From assembly GCA_937910695.1 (NCBI GenBank), contig CALEMW010000233.1:3677-67676 (forward strand): a DNA stretch of 64,000 nucleotides. The letters are read 5' to 3'. Made by a program: the position numbers and the translations under genes. How positions within the stretch are numbered: position 1 is the stretch's first letter; the number at the start of each line of letters is the position of its first letter. Below the pieces are notes generated by a model, which made no database searches, was not told where the DNA came from, and was given only the letters and a program-made list of their open reading frames with translations. The stretch is from an uncultured bacterium. Its GTDB lineage: Bacteria > Krumholzibacteriota > Krumholzibacteriia > LZORAL124-64-63. Shown one piece after another: positions 1 through 10,203 of the stretch.

Positions 1-592
1 AACCTTGGAGGTGGGCCTGGGCAGGCACGTAGCGGTGCATTTCCCCATACAGCCGCACGGCATCGCATACCTCGCGCCGATAGATCTTCAGACCGCAGTT
101 GTGGTCGTGGAGTTTGATGCCCGTGGCCAGGGACGTCGCTCCGTTGTAGAGCTTGGATGTGGTGTTTTTGACGAAGGAGTCCTTGCGGGCCTGCTTCCAG
201 CCCGAAACCAGATCCCACCCTTCCTGGAGTTTTGCAACGAGTCGGGGAATCTCAGCCGGGTCGTCCTGCAGGTCGGCATCCATGGTCACGATCAACGGCG
301 CTCGAGCCGCCGCGAAGCCGGCGGAGAGGGCGGCGGCCTTGCCGTAGTTCCGCGTGAACTGGATGGAGTGGACTTCCGGATGGGATACGCGCAGCTGATC
401 GACGACGGCCTGGGTGGCGTCGGTGCTGCCGTCGTCGACGATCCAGACCTCGTGGGTCAACCCCATGCCGTCTACGGCTTCGGAGATGCGTGCCACGAGT
501 TCCGGCAGGGAGTCTGCCTCGTCGAGAGCTGGAACGACGACCGAGAGGTCAGGCGTTGGCGAACCTGCAAAGAGATCGGTCTGATCAACCAC
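1..592 (-). CDS. GT2 polyprenol-phosphate glycosyltransferase (DPM1/ArnC-like), C-terminally truncated by window edge
   Basis: Manual translation of the reverse strand gives ...VVVPALDEADSLPELV...WIVDDGSTDAT...IQFTRNYGKAAALSAGF...VTMDADLQDDP...SGWKQARKDSF..., the classic GT2 DXD-containing fold. A likely GTG start at 592 lies 3 nt upstream of the epimerase stop. The gene is not in the ORF track because its stop lies outside the window. Confidence 0.75.
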   Translation of the reverse strand, partial: MVDQTDLFAGSPTPDLSVVVPALDEADSLPELVARISEAVDGMGLTHEVWIVDDGSTDATQAVVDQLRVSHPEVHSIQFTRNYGKAAALSAGFAAARAPLIVTMDADLQDDPAEIPRLVAKLQEGWDLVSGWKQARKDSFVKNTTSKLYNGATSLATGIKLHDHNCGLKIYRREVCDAVRLYGEMHRYVPAQAHLQG

Positions 593-1637
593 GGGCTCGT
601 CTCCTGGCGACGACCCAGGCCACTTCTCGGCGCAACCCCTCGGCGAAGGGAACAGCCGCTTTGTAACCCAGCTCGTCATGGATGTGGGAGGGATCGGCCC
701 AAGTGTCACGCACGTCTCCCTCAACCCTGTTTTGGTAGTCGATGGTCGGGACGAGGTCGGGCGCCTCCTCTCCCAGATAATCCCTCATCATCTCGAGGGC
801 TTCGGTCAGCGTGATGCAGGCGCCACCGCCCACGTTGTAGACAGCCCAGGGATGGGGCGCGCCAACAGCCAGCAGATTCGCCCGCACCGCGTCGGCGACG
901 AAGGTGAAGTCGCGGGTCTGACTCCCGTCACCGTAGACCAGCCAGGGTTTCCCGTCGAGGGCCGCCTCGAGGAACTTGCGGAAGGCCATGTCGGGACGCT
1001 GACGAGGACCATAGACCGTGAAGTAGCGCAGGCTCGAGGTGGGCACGCCGAAGTTGGCTCCGTAGAGCACGCACAGATGTTCCGCCGCGAGCTTGGTCAC
1101 ACCGTAAGGTGAGAACGGCTGAGGCAAGGCGGCCTCGCTGACCGGCAGATCGGTGCGGTCGCCGTAGATGGAACTGCTGCTCGAATAGACGAAGCGTACG
1201 AGCCCTTCGGCCACACTGGGGTCCTTGCAGGCTTCCAGCAGGCGTTGGGTGGCTTGGACGTTGCGGTCGAGATAGTCCCCGAACTGGCCGCCCCAACTGG
1301 CACGGACACCGGCCTGAGCCGCCAGGTGGAACACGGCGCGGGCTCCGGCCAGCAGCTCCACGGCGTCGACATCGTTGATGTCGCGCTCAAGAAAGGTCAT
1401 GCGTGGGTGGTCGCAGAAGGTCGCGAGGTTTTCACGCTTGAGGGACGTGTCGTAGTAGTCGGTGACGCAGTCGATGCCCGTCACTTCGCACCCCAGCGCC
1501 AGCAAGGCCTCGCAGAGGTGGCTGCCGATGAAACCGGCGCAGCCGGTCACCACCACCCGGGGAGATTCCGTAAGCACGACGGGCAGACTCGCATCGGGCA
1601 TGCCTTCGAGAACCGTGTCGCATCGCCAGTCCATCAT
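585..1637 (-). CDS. NAD-dependent epimerase/dehydratase (UDP-sugar epimerase/decarboxylase family)
   Basis: Rossmann motif VVVTGCAGFIGSHLCEAL and a YxxxK-type SDR core (YGVTKLAAE). Start may be the internal M (MPDASL...). Confidence 0.85.
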   Translation of the reverse strand: MMDWRCDTVLEGMPDASLPVVLTESPRVVVTGCAGFIGSHLCEALLALGCEVTGIDCVTDYYDTSLKRENLATFCDHPRMTFLERDINDVDAVELLAGARAVFHLAAQAGVRASWGGQFGDYLDRNVQATQRLLEACKDPSVAEGLVRFVYSSSSSIYGDRTDLPVSEAALPQPFSPYGVTKLAAEHLCVLYGANFGVPTSSLRYFTVYGPRQRPDMAFRKFLEAALDGKPWLVYGDGSQTRDFTFVADAVRANLLAVGAPHPWAVYNVGGGACITLTEALEMMRDYLGEEAPDLVPTIDYQNRVEGDVRDTWADPSHIHDELGYKAAVPFAEGLRREVAWVVARRRARG

Positions 1638-1660
1638 CGCACTCCGTTCAGGGTCGAGAC

Positions 1661-4354
1661 TCAGTCGTCGTCGGTGGAGGTGCCCGGTCCGTAGGGGTTG
1701 GTCACGCCGGAGGCCAGCAACTCGATGGCTTCGGCCATTTCCGGGCTGGGTCGCCCGAACTGCTGGGTCCAGAGTGCTTGGACCTCACGGCACCCTTCCA
1801 GATCGTTCAGCGAACGCCTCACCTTGAAGAGAATTTGGTAGTAGACGAGACGCTCCGGTTCGACGAGGAGCCGCCGTTCGATCCACTCGTCCGCCTTGTC
1901 GCCGTAGCCGAGGCTCGTGAGAGCCGTGCCGACCTGCAAGAGGGCGGACTCCTCGTCCTGGGGCGGGATCCGACCGGCGATCACATCCAGATGTGTGATG
2001 GCATCGTCGACGCGCCCCAATTCGACCAGCACCGAAGGATAGACGTCCGGCATCATCAGGAATGTCGGGTCGAAGCTACGGGCCACCTCGTAGGCGGCCA
2101 TGGAGCGGCGGAGCTGGGTCTTGTAGCCCTCGTCGTCGTCCATCGGAGTCTCCCGGGCGGCGTTGAGGAATTCAAGACCAGCACGGATCAGGCCCGCCGG
2201 ATAGTTGCCCGCCAGGTAGGTGGCGTTGTGGCTGTAATGGATGTCGGTGCGGAAATCGCCGAGGTTCTGCCACAACCCCTCGACATCCCAGACGCGGTCG
2301 GTGCAGATTTCCGCCGAATCGCCTCGGCTCAAAGCATCGCTCAACCCGTTCTTGGCGGCGAACTCGGCGCGGCGGGCCTGGCTGTCGCCGCTGAGGGTTG
2401 CGCTGTAGTCGTACACGCCGTACATGTTGGCCAACATGCGCTCGGCGTTCACAGACGGCAGGCCGTTCTCGACCTTGCGTCCCGTGAAGCGATAGGCCAG
2501 CCCCTCCATCTGGAGCATGTCGTAATACCGCTCCATGTTCTCGAGCGGGATCGTTACGGCGAAAAAGATCGGCCGCTTGCCGAAGGCCGTATTGATGATG
2601 TCGTGAGTGATGTAATCCTTCACCCAGACGATCTCTTCGGCGCCGGAGTCCGGGTCCTGGAAGCGAGTCGCCCGCAGTTCGTCGACCTCACGGTCGCTGT
2701 AGGAGCAGGGCATCGCTGGCGTGCGACTCTTCATCTGCTTGATGTACCAGGGAAGGTTGATGAGGCTGAGGTTCACCACCGTCACATCGCGACGGAAGCC
2801 CTCCACCTCCTGCAGGTACCAGAGCGGGAAGGTGTCGTTGTCGCCGTTGGTGAAGACGACCGAATCGGGATCCAGGCCCGCCAGCAGGTTCCAGGCGTAC
2901 TCGTGGGCGACACGACTTCCGGTGCGGTCGTGCTCGAACCATTTCACGTGGCCGGGCCAGACCACCGGGGCCGCCGCAATCAGAATGAGCGCCACCGCAA
3001 ACCCTGCCGCCAATGGCTTGACCTTCGCAGCAGCCGCAGCCACGCCCACTCCCAGTTCGTTGCGCGACTTGCCCAGCGGTCCGTTCAAGAACCGCGGGAG
3101 CGCCGCCGCTCCCAGACCGATAAACAGAGCGAAGAACAGGAAGCCCGACGAGAAAAAGTAATCGCGTTCTCGGACTTCGTGGTCGGAGAAGTTCAGGTAG
3201 AAGTTCAGGATCTCGCCGTTGATCAGATAATTCACAAGCAGCATGATTGCGATCTTGCGCGACCGCCACAGACCGTGCACCACGCCCAGGAAAGCCAGGA
3301 ACATGGGCACCGCGAACACGGACAGGCGGGTGATCAGGACGTCTTTGGTGTCGAGCCAGCTGAACTGCTGGAACAGGTAGTTGTAGTAGTAGCCTATCTG
3401 CCAGCCGAGCTCCGCCTTGCGCGGAATCAACTTCATCGTCGGGTATTGCTCGCGACGCAGCACGGACATGAGGGTTTCGAACGTGTCGGGCTGAGTCTGA
3501 TTGATGGCCGGGTCCAGGCCGGCGCGGATCATCATGAACAGGTGTACCGAAATGCCCAGCAGAAACACGCCGCAGGCGGCGAGGATGATCGGACGACGGC
3601 CGAAGGCCCTTACGACTCCGACGGCCAACAGGACCATCGTCGCTCCCACCAGCACAAAGTCGTCCTTGATCATGGTCGACATCATGAACAGACCCAAGGC
3701 AGCGCTCACGCCGAACAGATCGATGATGTCGATGCGTTTGCGGTCGGACAGCAGGATCAGCAGAAATATGCCGGGATAGACGAGCAGCGATCCGAGATGG
3801 AAACCTACGCCGAGACCGAGCATGTAGACGATGAGGTAGATCAGCCTCTGGCTGTCCTTCTGCTCCCGGACGTCGTACCACTTCAAGGCCACCCAGGTCA
3901 GCGAGCTGACGATGAAGCCCGAGAGGCCGTAGACTTCGGCTTCGATGGCGTTGTTCCAAAAGGTCTCGCTGAACATCAAAAACAAAGCGCCGGTCAGGCC
4001 CCCCGCATGAGCGAGCCAGCCGCTGTCGGGGTCGCTGCGGCGGGCGACGTTCACGATGATCAGGTAGAGGAACATCACGGCCAAGGCGCTGAAGAAGCCC
4101 GACATGAAGTTCACCGCGACCGCCGTGGTCGTGAACGGCGAGAGCAGGACATCGAAGGTGCGTCCCATCAGCACGTACAGAGGCGTGCCCGGCTGATGCG
4201 GTATGCCCAGGATATGACTGGTGGCGATGTACTCGCCGCAATCCCAGAAGCTGAGGGTCGGTGGAAGCGTCAGACCGTAGACGATGAGGCCCAGCAGAAA
4301 GACAGCGGTGGCCAACAGGGTCGTGGGACGCTGCATCCGTTCAACGACGGTCAT
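1661..4354 (-). CDS. DUF2723/TMEM260-like polytopic membrane protein (predicted GT-C glycosyltransferase) with C-terminal TPR repeats
   Basis: N-terminal motif FWDCGEYIATSHILGIPHQPGTPLYVLMGR, many TM helices and a TPR-like C-terminal third. Start ambiguous (4405, 4354 or 4336). Confidence 0.7.
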   Translation of the reverse strand: MTVVERMQRPTTLLATAVFLLGLIVYGLTLPPTLSFWDCGEYIATSHILGIPHQPGTPLYVLMGRTFDVLLSPFTTTAVAVNFMSGFFSALAVMFLYLIIVNVARRSDPDSGWLAHAGGLTGALFLMFSETFWNNAIEAEVYGLSGFIVSSLTWVALKWYDVREQKDSQRLIYLIVYMLGLGVGFHLGSLLVYPGIFLLILLSDRKRIDIIDLFGVSAALGLFMMSTMIKDDFVLVGATMVLLAVGVVRAFGRRPIILAACGVFLLGISVHLFMMIRAGLDPAINQTQPDTFETLMSVLRREQYPTMKLIPRKAELGWQIGYYYNYLFQQFSWLDTKDVLITRLSVFAVPMFLAFLGVVHGLWRSRKIAIMLLVNYLINGEILNFYLNFSDHEVRERDYFFSSGFLFFALFIGLGAAALPRFLNGPLGKSRNELGVGVAAAAAKVKPLAAGFAVALILIAAAPVVWPGHVKWFEHDRTGSRVAHEYAWNLLAGLDPDSVVFTNGDNDTFPLWYLQEVEGFRRDVTVVNLSLINLPWYIKQMKSRTPAMPCSYSDREVDELRATRFQDPDSGAEEIVWVKDYITHDIINTAFGKRPIFFAVTIPLENMERYYDMLQMEGLAYRFTGRKVENGLPSVNAERMLANMYGVYDYSATLSGDSQARRAEFAAKNGLSDALSRGDSAEICTDRVWDVEGLWQNLGDFRTDIHYSHNATYLAGNYPAGLIRAGLEFLNAARETPMDDDEGYKTQLRRSMAAYEVARSFDPTFLMMPDVYPSVLVELGRVDDAITHLDVIAGRIPPQDEESALLQVGTALTSLGYGDKADEWIERRLLVEPERLVYYQILFKVRRSLNDLEGCREVQALWTQQFGRPSPEMAEAIELLASGVTNPYGPGTSTDDD

Positions 4355-4452
4355 GGTTCCCCCAGGGGATAGAAGGTCCGAAATGCAATCGGGCCAAGTT
4401 ATCACACGCGATCAAGGCCAACAAGCTCCCCTACGCAGAGTTCCCTGCCATG

Positions 4453-5406
4453 TCAGGCTGCGCGGCGGCGTCCGATCAGGAAAAGGACGCCGCCGACCAG
4501 GCTGACGGCCACCTGTACCAGCCAGGCCACGAACTCCATGGCCACCGCCGGCGCTTCGGCAGCGGTTACGCCGATGCTCACGAACAGACTCGCCGCCGCC
4601 ATTTCCCGCAATCCGAGGCCGTTCATGCTCACAGGCAAGGAGATCAGGATACCCAGTACCGGCACCGCCACGAAGAGGTGGAGGATCTGGGTATTGCTGA
4701 AGGTCAACCCCAATCCCCATCCCGCCAGCAGATGTGTCAAGACACGCATGAACTGGACGACGAGCGAGAACAGGAACAGACGGCTCAACCAACGCGGCCG
4801 CTCCCGGAAGCGACGGAATTCCTCCAGGAATCCCGCCAATCGTTCGGCGGGCCATGACCAAGGCAGCCTCTTCAGTGAACCCACCAGGAACGTGGACACG
4901 CGGCGGGACAACAGCACCGTCAAACCACCGCCCCAGACGATCATGGCGAGCAGGAGCAACTTCAGCAGCATGCCGTCGAGGATCCTCGCCAGGCCGAGAG
5001 TGACCAGGGCGAGGATCGTCAAAGCAAGCAGCCCAACCAGGCGATCGAGGGCCGTGGCGCCCAGGACTGTGGCGGTACGCCCCTCACGACGCCCCAGGTC
5101 CACGACCTTGACCGCATCGCCCCCCACGTTGCCCAACAGAAAATTGTTGAAGAACATGCCGACCCAGTACACACGGACCATCTCTCCCAGGGGAGTGCGC
5201 AGACCGGCTGTGCGCAGAATCCAGGCCCATTGCAAGGCCCCACCGAGGGCCGAGGCGGCGAACACGGCTACCGCAGCGCCGAGCCAGCCCCAATGCGGTT
5301 GTGCCAAGGATTCACCGACGGTGGCGAGAGGGATCCTCTTCGACAGCACGAAGATCAGCAGGATGCTGACCGTCAACCGCATCAGCAGGACGCGGGCGCC
5401 TTTCAC
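4453..5406 (-). CDS. Flippase-like domain membrane protein (TIGR00374 / lysylphosphatidylglycerol-synthase TM-region family)
   Basis: Motif FFNNFLLGNVGGDAVKV with about 8 TM helices. GTG start overlaps the GT4 stop (GTGA). Confidence 0.65.
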   Translation of the reverse strand: MKGARVLLMRLTVSILLIFVLSKRIPLATVGESLAQPHWGWLGAAVAVFAASALGGALQWAWILRTAGLRTPLGEMVRVYWVGMFFNNFLLGNVGGDAVKVVDLGRREGRTATVLGATALDRLVGLLALTILALVTLGLARILDGMLLKLLLLAMIVWGGGLTVLLSRRVSTFLVGSLKRLPWSWPAERLAGFLEEFRRFRERPRWLSRLFLFSLVVQFMRVLTHLLAGWGLGLTFSNTQILHLFVAVPVLGILISLPVSMNGLGLREMAAASLFVSIGVTAAEAPAVAMEFVAWLVQVAVSLVGGVLFLIGRRRAA

Positions 5407-6527
5407 GGCCGGACGCCCTTGGCCGCAACCTCGGCGAACAGGTCCAGCGATTCCGCGACGCAGCGTTCCCAGGTGAAGGTATCGGCCCAGGTACGGGCAT
5501 TCTCGCTGCAGGAGCGCCAGAGTTCAGGATCGCGGAGAAGCATCAATGCGGCATCGGCCATAGCATCGGGGTCGCCGTAGGGCACGAGCAGGCCCGTCTC
5601 CCCGTCCTGGACCGAATCCACCAGACCGGGTCGGTCGCTGGCCACCACGGGCAGACCGCAACAGTTGGCCTCGATGACCGTGAGTCCCCACCCCTCCTTG
5701 GGACTGGGATTGAGGAAAACCGAGGCGCGATGGAGGACGGCTACCAGATCGTTCCACTCGAGGTGGCCGCTGAACTCGATGATGTCGGCGAGGCCATGGC
5801 TCTCGACGTGCTTGCGCAGGCGGTTTTCGTCCGGCCCCCGCCCCATGATGAGCATCCGCGCCTCGGGGATGGCGGCGTGGATGTAGGTGAAGGCGTCGAC
5901 GGCCACGTCCACACTCTTGTACTTGCGCAGGCGGCTCCAGCTCACGACCAGAGGTGGATCGTCGCGAGCAGGCGGGTCTTCGAGATTGAAGCGGCCGTGG
6001 TCCATACCGCAGAACACCGTCGTCACCCTGTCCCGACTCACGCCACGGGCCGTGAGATCGTCTGCGGTCGAGGGGCTGATGACCTCGAAATGCACGTTGC
6101 GGTAAACGGCGGGGATCAACTGCTCCGAACCCCACACGTATGTAGCCACCAACGGATTGGTCTCACGGAACACCGTGGTTCCGAACAGATGAGGTATGAC
6201 GGCCAGGACAGGAACGCCGCCGCTGTAGAGGGGCGTGTAGAAAGGGATCTTGTTGATGTCCTCGACGATCAGGTCGTAGCGTTCGGCTTTGAGCAGACCC
6301 TTCACCACGCCGGGCAGAACGTAGTTGGCCACCGACCAGTGCCCCTTGCGATGGATCCTCACACCGTCGACGACTTCGGTGCTCGGCGCGCCTGCGTAGG
6401 CCGACACCACGAGGTCCACCTCATGCCCGGCGGCAACGGCGCCCTTGAGGATTTCGTGCAGATGCAGCTCGGCGCCGCCGCCGAGGGGGTCGCCGATGTC
6501 GCGCCAGTTGACTGCGAGGATCTTCAT
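5403..6527 (-). CDS. Glycosyltransferase family 4 (GT-B)
   Basis: MKILAVNWRDIGDPLGGGAELHLHEI... with a EX7E-like C-terminal GT4 core (PSPKEGWGLTVIEANCCGLPVVASD). True ATG at 6527 overlaps the upstream stop (ATGA). The track ORF is N-terminally over-extended. Confidence 0.85.
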   Translation of the reverse strand: MKILAVNWRDIGDPLGGGAELHLHEILKGAVAAGHEVDLVVSAYAGAPSTEVVDGVRIHRKGHWSVANYVLPGVVKGLLKAERYDLIVEDINKIPFYTPLYSGGVPVLAVIPHLFGTTVFRETNPLVATYVWGSEQLIPAVYRNVHFEVISPSTADDLTARGVSRDRVTTVFCGMDHGRFNLEDPPARDDPPLVVSWSRLRKYKSVDVAVDAFTYIHAAIPEARMLIMGRGPDENRLRKHVESHGLADIIEFSGHLEWNDLVAVLHRASVFLNPSPKEGWGLTVIEANCCGLPVVASDRPGLVDSVQDGETGLLVPYGDPDAMADAALMLLRDPELWRSCSENARTWADTFTWERCVAESLDLFAEVAAKGVRP

Positions 6528-7324
6528 CGACTGCCTCCGGGGAACGAATCGGGTTTGCGGATCACGACGCCGATAGTCATGCAGGTGTACAGGGCCCAAC
6601 GACGTTCCTTGTTGCGCCCGCGCCATCGGGCCATGGACCTGCCGAGCGGCGGAATCGGATCGGGGTACATGGGCAGACGCAGGCCCAGCTTCGCCAGCAG
6701 CGTCTTGCGCACGGCCCGGTACCACAGTCCCGGCACCATCCAGTCGCCGTAGGTGCGCACGACCGTCCCTCCCGCCCGACGCGCCATTTCCTCGAGTTCG
6801 CCGGGTGTGAACTGAGTTTCCCAGCCCGCGAACCAGCGGTCCAGGGCGATCAATAATTTTTTGCCGAGGGTGTAGTAGTGCCAGGTCTGGGGAACGTCCA
6901 CCACGAGGTAGCCGCCAGGCTTCACCACACGCAGGTCTTCACGCAGCATGTCCAGGGGATTGCGGAAGTGTTCGAGTAGCCCCTGATGGAAGACCAGGTC
7001 GAAGGTGTCGTCGGCGAAGGGCTTGCCGAAGGCGTCGCCGCCGACGGGGTGCACGGTCACGCCGGCCGCAGCGGCGGCCTGCAAAGTCAGCACCAGGGAG
7101 CCCGGCACGTAGTCGAGGGTCCAAACATCGGCCCCCGCGACCGCAAGGGCCACGGCGTCGCGGCCTGTACCCGCCCCCACCTCGAGCACGGACTTGCCCA
7201 CGGGATCGCCGAGGCCGAAGAGTTCGCGTTCGAGACGGCCGTCGTTGCCGTACACGTCGTCGAGAGAAAGGCGGTCGGCCTCCTCCCAGAACCGCTGCCA
7301 GTGTCCACGGGTGGTCCGTCTCAC
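6524..7324 (-). CDS. Class I SAM-dependent methyltransferase (type 11)
   Basis: Motif VLEVGAGTGRDAVALA. GTG start overlaps the nusB stop (GTGA). The track ORF is over-extended at the 5' end. Confidence 0.7.
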   Translation of the reverse strand: MRRTTRGHWQRFWEEADRLSLDDVYGNDGRLERELFGLGDPVGKSVLEVGAGTGRDAVALAVAGADVWTLDYVPGSLVLTLQAAAAAGVTVHPVGGDAFGKPFADDTFDLVFHQGLLEHFRNPLDMLREDLRVVKPGGYLVVDVPQTWHYYTLGKKLLIALDRWFAGWETQFTPGELEEMARRAGGTVVRTYGDWMVPGLWYRAVRKTLLAKLGLRLPMYPDPIPPLGRSMARWRGRNKERRWALYTCMTIGVVIRKPDSFPGGSR

Positions 7325-7749
7325 GGCTGCTCCGGCGCCGGGCCGTCGATGATCTCCTTCGCGGCGCGGTCGAGCAGGCCGTTGACGAACCCGACAGCCT
7401 TCTCGTCGCAGAACAGCCGCGCCACTTCGCAGGCCTCGTTGATCACGACGTTGCGAGGCACCTCGGGGCAATAGCGCAGCTCGGCGATGGCGAGGCGGAA
7501 GATCGCCCGCTCCACGTTGCCCACCCGCTCCGGATTCCAGTTCTCCAGCAGAACATTCAGATCGGCGTCGATCTGCTTGCCGTTGGCCGCGATACGCCCC
7601 GCCAACGGGCGCACGAAGGCGGCGGTCTCGGCCGAGGCTTGACGTCGCTCGAGCTGATCGTCGAGGCAGTCCATCAGGTCGCCGCCACTGATGGCGGAGG
7701 CGTAGAGGGCTTGAACCAGAAGTTCACGCCCCTTGCGTCGTTTCCCCAT
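7321..7749 (-). CDS. nusB: Transcription antitermination factor NusB
   Basis: 142 aa with typical NusB length and motifs (ELLVQALYA...AIFRLAIAEL). Conserved position downstream of ribH. Confidence 0.9.
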   Translation of the reverse strand: MGKRRKGRELLVQALYASAISGGDLMDCLDDQLERRQASAETAAFVRPLAGRIAANGKQIDADLNVLLENWNPERVGNVERAIFRLAIAELRYCPEVPRNVVINEACEVARLFCDEKAVGFVNGLLDRAAKEIIDGPAPEQP

Positions 7750-7757
7750 CGGGTCTC

Positions 7758-8261
7758 CTAACCGGCGTCGATGGCCTTCCAGAGGTCGATCATTTCGAGG
7801 GCCGTCATGGCAGCGTCGAATCCCTTGTTGCCCGCCTTAGTTCCGGCGCGCTCAATGGCTTGGTCCAGGGTCTCGGCGGTGATCACACCGAACGTGACCG
7901 GCACGCCGCTGTCCAACGAAACCTGGGCGATGCCCTTGGTGACTTCGCTGCTGATGTAGTCGAAGTGGGGCGTGTCGCCCTGGATCAGACAGCCCAGGCA
8001 GATGACCGCGGCATAACGGCCCGAGGCCACCAGGCGTTTGGCGGCCATGGGGATCTCGAAGCTGCCTGGTACCCAGGCCACATCCACGTCGTCGTCGGAC
8101 ACGCCGTGACGGCTCAAACAGTCCTTGGCGCCTTCGAGCAGTTCACCCACGATGAATTCGTTGAAGCGGCTGCCCACGATGGCGATCCTGCCGTCGCCTG
8201 CTTGGTAGTTTCCGGAAAAGGTCTTACCCACGTCGTCCTCCTCGTCTCGGTCGTGAATCAT
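7758..8261 (-). CDS. ribH: 6,7-dimethyl-8-ribityllumazine synthase
   Basis: [21 protein letters not shown]...[11 protein letters not shown]...[22 protein letters not shown] at 8261 overlaps the ribBA stop (ATGA). The upstream part of the track ORF is a spurious extension. Confidence 0.9.
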   Translation of the reverse strand: MIHDRDEEDDVGKTFSGNYQAGDGRIAIVGSRFNEFIVGELLEGAKDCLSRHGVSDDDVDVAWVPGSFEIPMAAKRLVASGRYAAVICLGCLIQGDTPHFDYISSEVTKGIAQVSLDSGVPVTFGVITAETLDQAIERAGTKAGNKGFDAAMTALEMIDLWKAIDAG

Positions 8262-9496
8262 CCCCTGTCCAGGGCTTCCTCGTCCAGATGTTCCAGCATG
8301 TGGCCCATCCGGTCCTTCTTGGTCTGCAGATAGCGGCGGTTGCTCTGATTGGGCGCCACCTCGAGCGGAACACGCCCGAGCAGCTCCAGGCCGTAGCCTT
8401 CGAGGCCCACGAGTTTGCGTGGGTTGTTGGTCATCAGGTTCATGCGCCGAACGCCCAGGTCGCGCAGGATCTGGGCGCCGATGCCGTATTCGCGCAGGTC
8501 GGCGCCGAACCCGAGGCGGTGGTTGGCCTCGACCGTGTCGGCGCCTTCGTCCTGGAGCTGGTACGCCTTGAGCTTGTTGACCAGGCCGATGCCCCGCCCC
8601 TCCTGCCGCATGTAAAGCACGATGCCGCAGCCCTCGCGATCGATCTGGGCGAGGGCTCCTTCGAGCTGCTCGCCGCAGTCGCAGCGCAGGGAGTGGAAGA
8701 GGTCGCCGGTCATGCATTCCGAGTGCACGCGCACGAGGGTTGGCGTGTCAGGATCGGGGTCGCCCTTGACCATCGCCACATGCTGGCTTTCGTCCACCGT
8801 GGTCGAGTAGGCGACGATGCGGAAGTCTCCGAAACGCGTGGGCATGGGGACTTCGACCTCGCGGCGTACGAGCTTTTCGTTGGTGCGTCGGTAGGCGATC
8901 AGATCGGCGATGGAGATGAGCTTCAGGTCGAATTCCGCGGCGATCACGCGCAGGCGCGGCAGGCGGGCCATGCTGCCGTCGTCGTCCATGATCTCGCAGA
9001 TGATCCCCGAAGGGTGCAACCCGGCCAGCTCGGCGAGGTCCACCGACGCCTCGGTGTGACCGGCGCGCTTGAGCACGCCGCCGGGCTGGGCTTCGAGAGG
9101 GAAGATGTGGCCCGGTCGTCCGAGATCGCCGGGCTTCGAGGCGGGGTCGATCATCACCGCGATGGTGCGGGCCCGATCGGCGGCGGAAATACCGGTGGTG
9201 ATCCCCTCGGCCGCGTCGACCGAGACCGTGAAGTGCGTGCGCAGGCGCGCCGTATTCAGAGCCACCATCGGCGGCAGCTCCAGTTCGCGGGCCCGCTCCC
9301 GTGTGATGGCGGCGCAGATCAGGCCGCGGCCGTGCTTCGCAAGGAAGTTGATCGCCGCCGGCGTTGCCTTTTCGGCGGCGACGACGAAGTCACCCTCGTT
9401 TTCACGGTCTTCGTCGTCGACCACGATCACGATCTCGCCGGCGCGAACGGCGGCGATGGCCTCCTCCACCTTGTCGAGCGTCACATCGTCGCGCAT
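8258..9496 (-). CDS. ribBA: Bifunctional 3,4-dihydroxy-2-butanone-4-phosphate synthase / GTP cyclohydrolase II
   Basis: DHBP synthase N-terminal half ([13 protein letters not shown]) and GTP cyclohydrolase II C-terminal half (CECMTGD..., RxGxGxG). ATG at 9496 has a GGAG Shine-Dalgarno. Confidence 0.9.
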   Translation of the reverse strand: MRDDVTLDKVEEAIAAVRAGEIVIVVDDEDRENEGDFVVAAEKATPAAINFLAKHGRGLICAAITRERARELELPPMVALNTARLRTHFTVSVDAAEGITTGISAADRARTIAVMIDPASKPGDLGRPGHIFPLEAQPGGVLKRAGHTEASVDLAELAGLHPSGIICEIMDDDGSMARLPRLRVIAAEFDLKLISIADLIAYRRTNEKLVRREVEVPMPTRFGDFRIVAYSTTVDESQHVAMVKGDPDPDTPTLVRVHSECMTGDLFHSLRCDCGEQLEGALAQIDREGCGIVLYMRQEGRGIGLVNKLKAYQLQDEGADTVEANHRLGFGADLREYGIGAQILRDLGVRRMNLMTNNPRKLVGLEGYGLELLGRVPLEVAPNQSNRRYLQTKKDRMGHMLEHLDEEALDRG

Positions 9497-9518
9497 GGAG
9501 TCTCCTCGTTCCGGTTGA

Positions 9519-10202
9519 TCAGCGACGTCCACGGCGGAAACCGCGGGCGGTGATGTCGTTCACGGTCAGGCCGCGGCGCGGTTCGCCCGCAGCTCTGAGG
9601 GTCTCGCTGGCCGAGCGTGCCACACCGGCGGCGCTGCCCTTGGCCAGCACATCGGCTTCGAGATTCACCCGGGTCCCCGTCTTCATCTCTATGAAACGGG
9701 TCCAGGACAGGGTGTGCGGAATCAGGCTCACGGTGAAAGCCTCGACGAAAGGACCCGCGTCGAGGGTGAGGCTGACGCCGTCGATGGCGATGGACCCCTT
9801 GGGCAACAGCCAGGTCGCGACCTCGTCGGGGGCGCTGAACGTCAGCAGCAGGTTTTCCCCGAGTCGGCGGCGGCGGCGAAGCACGCCCACGCCGTCGATG
9901 TGGCCGAGAACCAGGTGGCCGCCCAACGGATCGCCGGCCCGCAGCGCCGGCTCCAGGTGCAGTCGGCGTCCCGATCGCCAGGTTGCCAAAGTGGTCACGC
10001 TGCGGGTCTCGTTCACGGCGTCGAGCTGGACCAGCTCTCCGCGACGGCCCGCGACCGTCAGGCAGATGCCGTCGACGGCCAGGCTGTCCCCCATGCTCAG
10101 CCCCGGTGCCGACGCCGGGGCGTGAACCCACAGCTTCGTCACCGTCCCGCGCCGGGAGGCCGTACGCAGGGTGCCGATTTCACGGACAAGCCCGGTGAAC
10201 AT
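9519..10202 (-). CDS. ribE: Riboflavin synthase alpha subunit
   Basis: [12 protein letters not shown]... with the duplicated lumazine-binding repeats ([13 protein letters not shown] / [12 protein letters not shown]). Confidence 0.9.
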   Translation of the reverse strand: MFTGLVREIGTLRTASRRGTVTKLWVHAPASAPGLSMGDSLAVDGICLTVAGRRGELVQLDAVNETRSVTTLATWRSGRRLHLEPALRAGDPLGGHLVLGHIDGVGVLRRRRRLGENLLLTFSAPDEVATWLLPKGSIAIDGVSLTLDAGPFVEAFTVSLIPHTLSWTRFIEMKTGTRVNLEADVLAKGSAAGVARSASETLRAAGEPRRGLTVNDITARGFRRGRR

Positions 10203-10203
10203 C

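Noticed and set aside
1778-4372. Long plus-strand ORF (864 aa) and nested minus-frame ORF 2688-4241 overlapping the DUF2723 gene
   Set aside because: Antisense or out-of-frame ORFs typical of a high-GC genome. Their composition is Arg/Ala/Gly-rich with no domains, whereas the 1661-4405 minus frame has a coherent membrane-protein sequence.
7758-8717. 5'-extended track ORFs for ribH, pgpA (38213-38977), gmhA (33317-34081), GT4 (5403-6725), the methyltransferase (6524-7471), rpsF (27692-28264), tadA, comM and nikR (45769-46743)
   Set aside because: Extensions run into or through the upstream gene and are R/P/G-rich. Internal starts with a Shine-Dalgarno and ATGA/GTGA/TGATG stop-start coupling give proteins of canonical length.
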